This document shows, one piece after another, positions 17,006 to 21,485 of a stretch of 21,485 nucleotides of DNA. The DNA comes from Pseudobacteriovorax sp. (GTDB lineage: Bacteria; Bdellovibrionota_B; Oligoflexia; Oligoflexales; Oligoflexaceae): the NCBI GenBank assembly GCA_050293845.1, contig JBNKNM010000083.1, forward strand, positions 1 through 21,485, written 5' to 3'. A program made the translations under genes and the position numbers. The notes under the pieces are model-generated. The model worked only from the letters and a program-made list of their open reading frames with translations. It did no database searches and was not told where the DNA came from. Every line of letters begins with the position of its first letter. Within the stretch, counting starts at the first letter, position 1.

Positions 17006-17299
17006 TTATTTTTTCTTAGGGTGGATATGGTTCTTCAGTTCCTGTCCGACCCGAAACACCGGGACCTTTCTTGCAGGTATTTTTACGGAAGCTCCTGTTT
17101 GTGGGTTAATACCTTTACGTGCTGCACGCTGGGCTACTTTAAATTTACCAAAGCCAGGAAGGACAAAGTCACTTGATAACTTATTTTTCTTCAAGTGCGC
17201 GTACCCAATTTCTTTATAAGCATCGAATACACGCTTGATGTCAGCTTTTGCCAGCTCAGTCTCTGCAGAAATAGCTTCAATTAGCTCCGCTTGATTCAT
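17006..17299 (-). CDS. hup: HU-family (DNABII) histone-like DNA-binding protein
   Basis: MNQAELIEAIS...LPGFGKFKVAQRAARKGINPQTGASVKIPARKVPVFRVGQELK; SD AGGAG. Confidence 0.95.
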   Translation of the reverse strand: MNQAELIEAISAETELAKADIKRVFDAYKEIGYAHLKKNKLSSDFVLPGFGKFKVAQRAARKGINPQTGASVKIPARKVPVFRVGQELKNHIHPKKK

Positions 17300-17452
17300 G
17301 AAATGTCTCCTAAGTTGGTCGTGATTAAACTTGGCTAAAAATTAGCAGGATTGTTATTAAGAATGTTAGCATGGATATTTGGGAATCACTATAATAACAA
17401 TAATTTTTTAAATGATTTAGTAAACTACAGACAAGAAGTTGACTGGTTGAAA

Positions 17453-18685
17453 TTACCGGTATTTTTTATTCATTTTATAGTACTCTTTTTTATTCAAAGA
17501 TTCCCTATGGTCAGCTTCACTCAAGACTTCCTCAGGTGGAAACTCTCTGGAGTCAGCTACGCCTAAACTCATTCTTACGGGAATGATTTCAGTTTTGCCT
17601 GTTTGTTTAGAGGTACAAGAAATATTAGTTTCTTGCTCTAGCTCTCTGATTCTATCAACTATAGGTAAGGTTCTTTTGTGGTCCGTATTAGGGCATAACA
17701 CAATGTACTCGTCTCCTCCAGAACGTGATATGATGTCTGTCTTGCGTGTTGAAGTTAATAAAATATCCGCTACTTGCTTGATGAGCTGGTCACCTGCCTC
17801 ATGGCCATAGGTATCATTCACATACTTTAGCCCGTTAACATCGATAGCGATGATGCTAAAGACGAACTGCGATGTATCTCGGGCCATGTGTTTATATTGC
17901 TCTAGTGAGGTATCCAGCCCCCCTCTGTTTAATAGACCAGTTAGAGCGTCGGTATTTGCCATACGCTTGAGTTGTGATCTCAAAAGGTGGTTGTGTATTA
18001 AAGCTGATACGAGGCTTAAAAATAGCCGTATAGTAGAAAGTTTTTCTGATTCTATAGGGTGACCTTTGACAAAGACTTTCAGTACGTTGTCGTTTCCAAT
18101 TTCACCGGGTAAAACCATCCACTCTTCATTTTGATCACCATTGCTTAGTAGCTGGGTTACAGCAGCCATGTCGCTACCATACACAAGATTGGTTTCTTCT
18201 GCTTCCTCAGTATCAACATCATCGACTTTATTTTTCTTCTTCTCTCCACCTGAAGCAAATAGGAAGCTATCGTCTTCATCGTCTTCATCAAACAAAAAAG
18301 TAATATCGTCATCACTTGCCGATTCAGCGATGACGTTAGTAATAATTTCATGGGTTTCTAAGATTTTTTGCTTATCTTTTTCATCAAAGCCAATAAACCC
18401 CATGTATTCAATGACAGTGGGGCGGCCCGCATTTTCTATGATCAAACTAAAGTTCCAGGGCCGGTAAGTATTGTAAAGACGTTCGAGTACCAACTGAATC
18501 ATCTCATTGAGGGAAGTAATTTCGGTGAGCTCTCTGGTCGTATATAGTAAATACTGCAGATTCGTACGATCATTTTCTGCTTTAATGCCTTGCTCGCGGA
18601 GAAGATCATTTTCTTTCTTTAGCCTAGCTAACTCCGCCAGGGTATCTTCCTGTGAAATGTCTTTTACAGATCCCAATATGTCCAC
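17453..18685 (-). CDS. Diguanylate cyclase (GGDEF) with N-terminal coiled coil and degenerate GAF-like region
   Basis: ANTDALTGLLNR, IDVNGLKYVNDTYGHEAGD, I-site RKTD five residues before A-site GGDEY, SLGVA; GTG start. Confidence 0.92.
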   Translation of the reverse strand: MDILGSVKDISQEDTLAELARLKKENDLLREQGIKAENDRTNLQYLLYTTRELTEITSLNEMIQLVLERLYNTYRPWNFSLIIENAGRPTVIEYMGFIGFDEKDKQKILETHEIITNVIAESASDDDITFLFDEDDEDDSFLFASGGEKKKNKVDDVDTEEAEETNLVYGSDMAAVTQLLSNGDQNEEWMVLPGEIGNDNVLKVFVKGHPIESEKLSTIRLFLSLVSALIHNHLLRSQLKRMANTDALTGLLNRGGLDTSLEQYKHMARDTSQFVFSIIAIDVNGLKYVNDTYGHEAGDQLIKQVADILLTSTRKTDIISRSGGDEYIVLCPNTDHKRTLPIVDRIRELEQETNISCTSKQTGKTEIIPVRMSLGVADSREFPPEEVLSEADHRESLNKKEYYKMNKKYR

Positions 18686-18714
18686 CGCATTTTAGTTTTC
18701 TACCGGCCATGCAT

Positions 18715-18741
18715 TAATCGGTGCACTGATGGAGGATGTTA
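18715..18741 (-). promoter_or_regulatory. Candidate sigma-28 (FliA)-type promoter for the GGDEF gene
   Basis: Minus strand TAAC (18741-18738) - N15 - ACCGATTA (18722-18715), about 30 nt before the GTG. Confidence 0.45.
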
Positions 18742-18854
18742 GGAATAATTAGAAAATTACCACGAAGTACAGGTTACAATCCCTTATACTTCAGTGGTTT
18801 AATGCTGAGCACCGCTAAATGGTAGCCATTTGCAGTGTGTTTCACCGGGCTTGC

Positions 18855-19370
18855 TTAATTAGTTGGGTAACGAAAGCAATTAATAGTGTCATTAGTCATA
18901 CGGCCGTCGACTCGTACGGTTGCATTACCTGTTCCTTCGCGTTCTGGGAATGTCTCGTATTTAATGACTATGCGGATATTGAAGCCCCCGTCAAAAATTT
19001 TACCAGCTCTATAGCTTGCACGTGTTTGTTGCGTTGCTCCGGAGCCACTGGTCTCTACTGTTTTTGACGCAACTCCTGAACCCACAAGTTCGCTTCCTTC
19101 ATACACCCTTCCCCACAGCTCATTATCCACCTGAAATAGTGCAATGCGGCGGTTAGGGTTAGAAATGCCCCTACATAGAAGTTCTGTTGTGACGTCTGAG
19201 ACGGCATACTGTAATGGGATTTCTTCATCTATAGCTTCCCGTACAGTAGCGTCAGCAGGTAATAACTGAGGTGACAGTTTAACGAGTTGATTTTCAGAAG
19301 GTCCTGCAAAAATTTCACCCATCAATAGAGTGGATGAAATTACTAGCATAAGTGGTATAACGAATCTCAT
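18855..19370 (-). CDS. Secreted hypothetical protein (beta-rich, two Cys)
   Basis: SD AGGAG 8 nt upstream; signal-peptide-like MRFVIPLMLVISSTLLMGEIFA; no family recognised. Confidence 0.7.
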   Translation of the reverse strand: MRFVIPLMLVISSTLLMGEIFAGPSENQLVKLSPQLLPADATVREAIDEEIPLQYAVSDVTTELLCRGISNPNRRIALFQVDNELWGRVYEGSELVGSGVASKTVETSGSGATQQTRASYRAGKIFDGGFNIRIVIKYETFPEREGTGNATVRVDGRMTNDTINCFRYPTN

Positions 19371-19569
19371 GATGGGTTCTCCTTTTATTGGGATTTATAG
19401 ATCTTCTAGCGCGAATTCATGAATTTCTCAATTTCAGAAAGAAAATCTGTTCTTTGACCAGAATACTGAACGAACATTTCAAATTCACATGACAGAGTGT
19501 TGCTTAAATTTCCCTCATTACCGAGAATATATAATTATAGCTAAAACACTAGGAAAAAATGGGGATAAA

Positions 19570-19899
19570 ATGAAAACTAAATTACTGTTGATAGGCTCGA
19601 TGGGGATTTTTATTTCAATGAAATCTATCTGTCAGTCAGACAATAAAAAAATGCAAAAGAAGATTGAAGAAAACCTAGGCTCGCTTCTGAAAGAGAAAGA
19701 GCCGCAACTCCTTTCTCATTTAGAAAACCTCACTTCGGGGGTTTCCATCAAATCCTATGAGCAGATGAGAGAATTGCTATTGCAGGCTATGGGTAATTAC
19801 CAAGAGTTTTGTTTGTCATCTCCAGGAATGAGCAGCGATATGATTTTTTCAAATTATTGTTTAAAATTTGACCAAGCTGAATCTGCTCGTATTCATTAG
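19570..19899 (+). CDS. Small hypothetical protein, possibly exported
   Basis: ATG 19570 preceded by GGGGA; MKTKLLLIGSMGIFISM N-terminus; helical-looking body with Cys residues. Confidence 0.55.
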   Translation: MKTKLLLIGSMGIFISMKSICQSDNKKMQKKIEENLGSLLKEKEPQLLSHLENLTSGVSIKSYEQMRELLLQAMGNYQEFCLSSPGMSSDMIFSNYCLKFDQAESARIH

Positions 19900-19968
19900 A
19901 AAAAAAGTAGCATTATTGGGGAGTAACCTTACTCATCTAAAAACTAACGCAATAAATGTTAAAAAAAA

Positions 19969-19996
19969 TAAAGAAATCAATGGTTTCTGCCGATCA
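19969..19996 (+). promoter_or_regulatory. Candidate sigma-28 (FliA)-type promoter
   Basis: TAAAG (19969-19973) with GCCGATCA (19989-19996); TAAA-N16 spacing; 23 nt before ATG 20020. Confidence 0.5.
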
Positions 19997-20019
19997 TAAA
20001 GATGCAAGGAGAGACATTG

Positions 20020-20241
20020 ATGGCAGCCCAAATTATAGCATATCTTGGCTCTAAAGTAGCTTTTAGACTTTGGCTCAGCCTGAGTGTTTTTTTTGTTCTA
20101 TGCCTAGCCATCAAACTTTATGTGAACCGCGAGCAACTCACCTTGGTACATGGTATTCTATTTACCACAGACCTTATGCATTTTTGGCTTCCTATTTTAA
20201 TGGGTAGGTATCTTTGCCGTATAAATTCAGATCAGACGTAA
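20020..20241 (+). CDS. Small membrane protein (1-2 TM), hypothetical
   Basis: SD AGGAG at 20007-20011; hydrophobic LWLSLSVFFVLCLAIKLYV and LTLVHGILF...FWLPILMG. Confidence 0.55.
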   Translation: MAAQIIAYLGSKVAFRLWLSLSVFFVLCLAIKLYVNREQLTLVHGILFTTDLMHFWLPILMGRYLCRINSDQT

Positions 20242-20293
20242 ATTTTGCAGTATTTTAATTTTTTTTTAAATAAATACAGTAAATTAATTAATA

Positions 20294-20322
20294 TTGAAAT
20301 TAATTCTCATAATTATTATAAC
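20294..20322 (+). promoter_or_regulatory. Sigma-70 promoter overlapped by a Fur-box-like 7-1-7 inverted repeat
   Basis: TTGAAA (20294-20299) - 17 nt - TATAAC (20317-20322); TGAAATT-A-ATTCTCA (20295-20309) versus Fur TGA(T/G)AAT-N-ATT(A/C)TCA; directly upstream of bfd. Confidence 0.6.
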
Positions 20323-20357
20323 TTTTTCCGATAAAAGGGTATTGGAGGGCGTTAGTG

Positions 20358-20525
20358 ATGTATGTTTGCTTGTGTTTAGGCATTTCGGATAAAAAAATTA
20401 AAGAACTTGCCCAGCAAGGAGCTGGGGTTTGCGAAATCCAAAAAAGCTGCAAAATAGGTACATCCTGCGGGGTCTGTGTAGCTGAACTGCGTAAACTATT
20501 GAGAAATGCTAATTCTGGACAGTAA
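20358..20525 (+). CDS. bfd: Bacterioferritin-associated ferredoxin, BFD-like [2Fe-2S] protein, 55 aa (absent from the ORF track)
   Basis: Hand translation MYVCLCLGISDKKIKELAQQGAGVCEIQKSCKIGTSCGVCVAELRKLLRNANSGQ; CxC...CGxC ligands; N-terminus nearly identical to E. coli Bfd as I recall it (MYVCLCNGISDKKI); SD GGAGG. Confidence 0.92.
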   Translation: MYVCLCLGISDKKIKELAQQGAGVCEIQKSCKIGTSCGVCVAELRKLLRNANSGQ

Positions 20526-20553
20526 AGTTCAGCTTATGGTGCATTTTTGAAAA

Positions 20554-21483
20554 CTAGAAACTTTCCATCGTTAGTTCATTTATATCTACAATTTCTTCCT
20601 GTGACTTCATGTTTGCAATTTTACACGCATATTTTGCAGCTTTTGTGAATTGGTCGGCTCCCGTTTTTTGCGAGGAAAGAAACCAATGCTTAGCATTTTG
20701 TAAATCTTTATGCCTTAAATAGCCTAACCCAACATTGAACATTACTTTGGATTTCATAATGGGGCAATCCAGCTGATCCAAAGCCAAACTGTAATAAAGA
20801 CAAGCCTCAGAAAGCTTGCCTTTATGAACCTCAACAATGGCTAAGGTATTGAGAAGGCTGGCATAGGAGCCGGAAAAACTTACAGGTAATTCTGCAGCTT
20901 GTGATTCTAAGGTTTTAGACATTTCTAATCCTAGTTTTACGCGGTTTTCAGTCGGGTCTAATTGCGAAGCCCGCAAGAAGCTCTGCTGGGCAATGGCGCA
21001 GTCTTTATTACTCAATTCAATTTTACCAAGTAAGCATATGCGTTCGGTGTTAAAAGGAGAGATGAAGTCCGCTTTTTTCAGAAGTTGGTATGCTTGCGGT
21101 ATACGACCAGTTTTGCAGTAGATCTTTGCCAAAGTGTTGAGAGCACTGACATTACTGGGATCGTCCGTCAGTAACGTTCTGAGTATACATTCCGCCTCCT
21201 TATGGTGCCCGGAAATGAAAAAATTAGTTGCCATAATTTTTCCCAATGGTGCAGGGTTGGGAGCGACCTTAAGCAGATCAATAAATTGACTAACAATTAT
21301 TTCAAGTTCATCGATATGATTACTGATCAGGTTTGCTAGGGTTAGGTTATTTTTGTCTAGCCAGTTTTTTTCCTTCAAAATATCTTCAATTTTTGCATTT
21401 TTTATTGCTTGAACTGCTGCAATAGTTCCCAACATTGCTGTTCGAGAAAAATTATTGCTTTCAAGCAGATTGAGTTGTTGCGC
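20554..21483 (-). CDS. Tetratricopeptide-repeat protein; 5' end probably outside the window
   Basis: TPR patterns ALNTLAKIYCKTGRIPQAYQLLKKA, LLNTLAIVEVHKGKLSEA, VMFNVGLGYLRHKDLQNAKHWF; the frame stays open from ATG 21435 to the window edge (AQQLNLLESNNFSRTA-M). Confidence 0.8.
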   Translation of the reverse strand, partial: AQQLNLLESNNFSRTAMLGTIAAVQAIKNAKIEDILKEKNWLDKNNLTLANLISNHIDELEIIVSQFIDLLKVAPNPAPLGKIMATNFFISGHHKEAECILRTLLTDDPSNVSALNTLAKIYCKTGRIPQAYQLLKKADFISPFNTERICLLGKIELSNKDCAIAQQSFLRASQLDPTENRVKLGLEMSKTLESQAAELPVSFSGSYASLLNTLAIVEVHKGKLSEACLYYSLALDQLDCPIMKSKVMFNVGLGYLRHKDLQNAKHWFLSSQKTGADQFTKAAKYACKIANMKSQEEIVDINELTMESF

Positions 21484-21485
21484 TA

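Noticed and set aside
17351..18695. Plus-strand ORFs over the GGDEF gene, and the alternate-frame 18157-18351
   Set aside because: Antisense or off-frame shadows with Ser-rich low-information translations.
15402..19067. Plus-strand ORFs 15402-15602, 15829-16107, 16979-17176 and 18819-19067
   Set aside because: Antisense to the caspase, anti-sigma, HU and secreted-protein genes.

Overview
AT-rich bacterial chromosomal window of about 21 genes, with no rRNA, tRNA, CRISPR array or mobile element that I can see. The content (orphan CheA-like kinase, many lipoproteins, secreted proteases, several sigma-28-like promoters before non-flagellar genes) suggests a Bdellovibrionota/Oligoflexia-like organism; this is inference only. 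Left to right: 5'-truncated histidine kinase-REC-PP2C fusion, secreted hypothetical, GNAT-like protein, CinA/NadD-like nucleotidyltransferase-fold protein, PA14 lipoprotein, a bacterial Vms1/ANKZF1-like release factor (VLRF1) head-to-head with a stand-alone CCA-enzyme-type HD phosphohydrolase, fibrinogen-like lipoprotein, membrane CheA-like kinase without CheW, repeat-containing lipoprotein, aqualysin-like S8 protease, an ECF sigma / anti-sigma / exported caspase-like operon, HU, a GGDEF cyclase, three small hypotheticals, a bfd ferredoxin (missed by the ORF track) behind a Fur-like box, and a truncated TPR protein. The best candidates for undescribed systems are (1) the VLRF1 + HD pair as a possible bacterial 'cut peptidyl-tRNA, then heal the 2',3'-cyclic phosphate' module, and (2) the ECF/anti-sigma/caspase operon as a protease-triggered trans-envelope signalling cascade. 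Family calls are by motif recognition; no searches were run.
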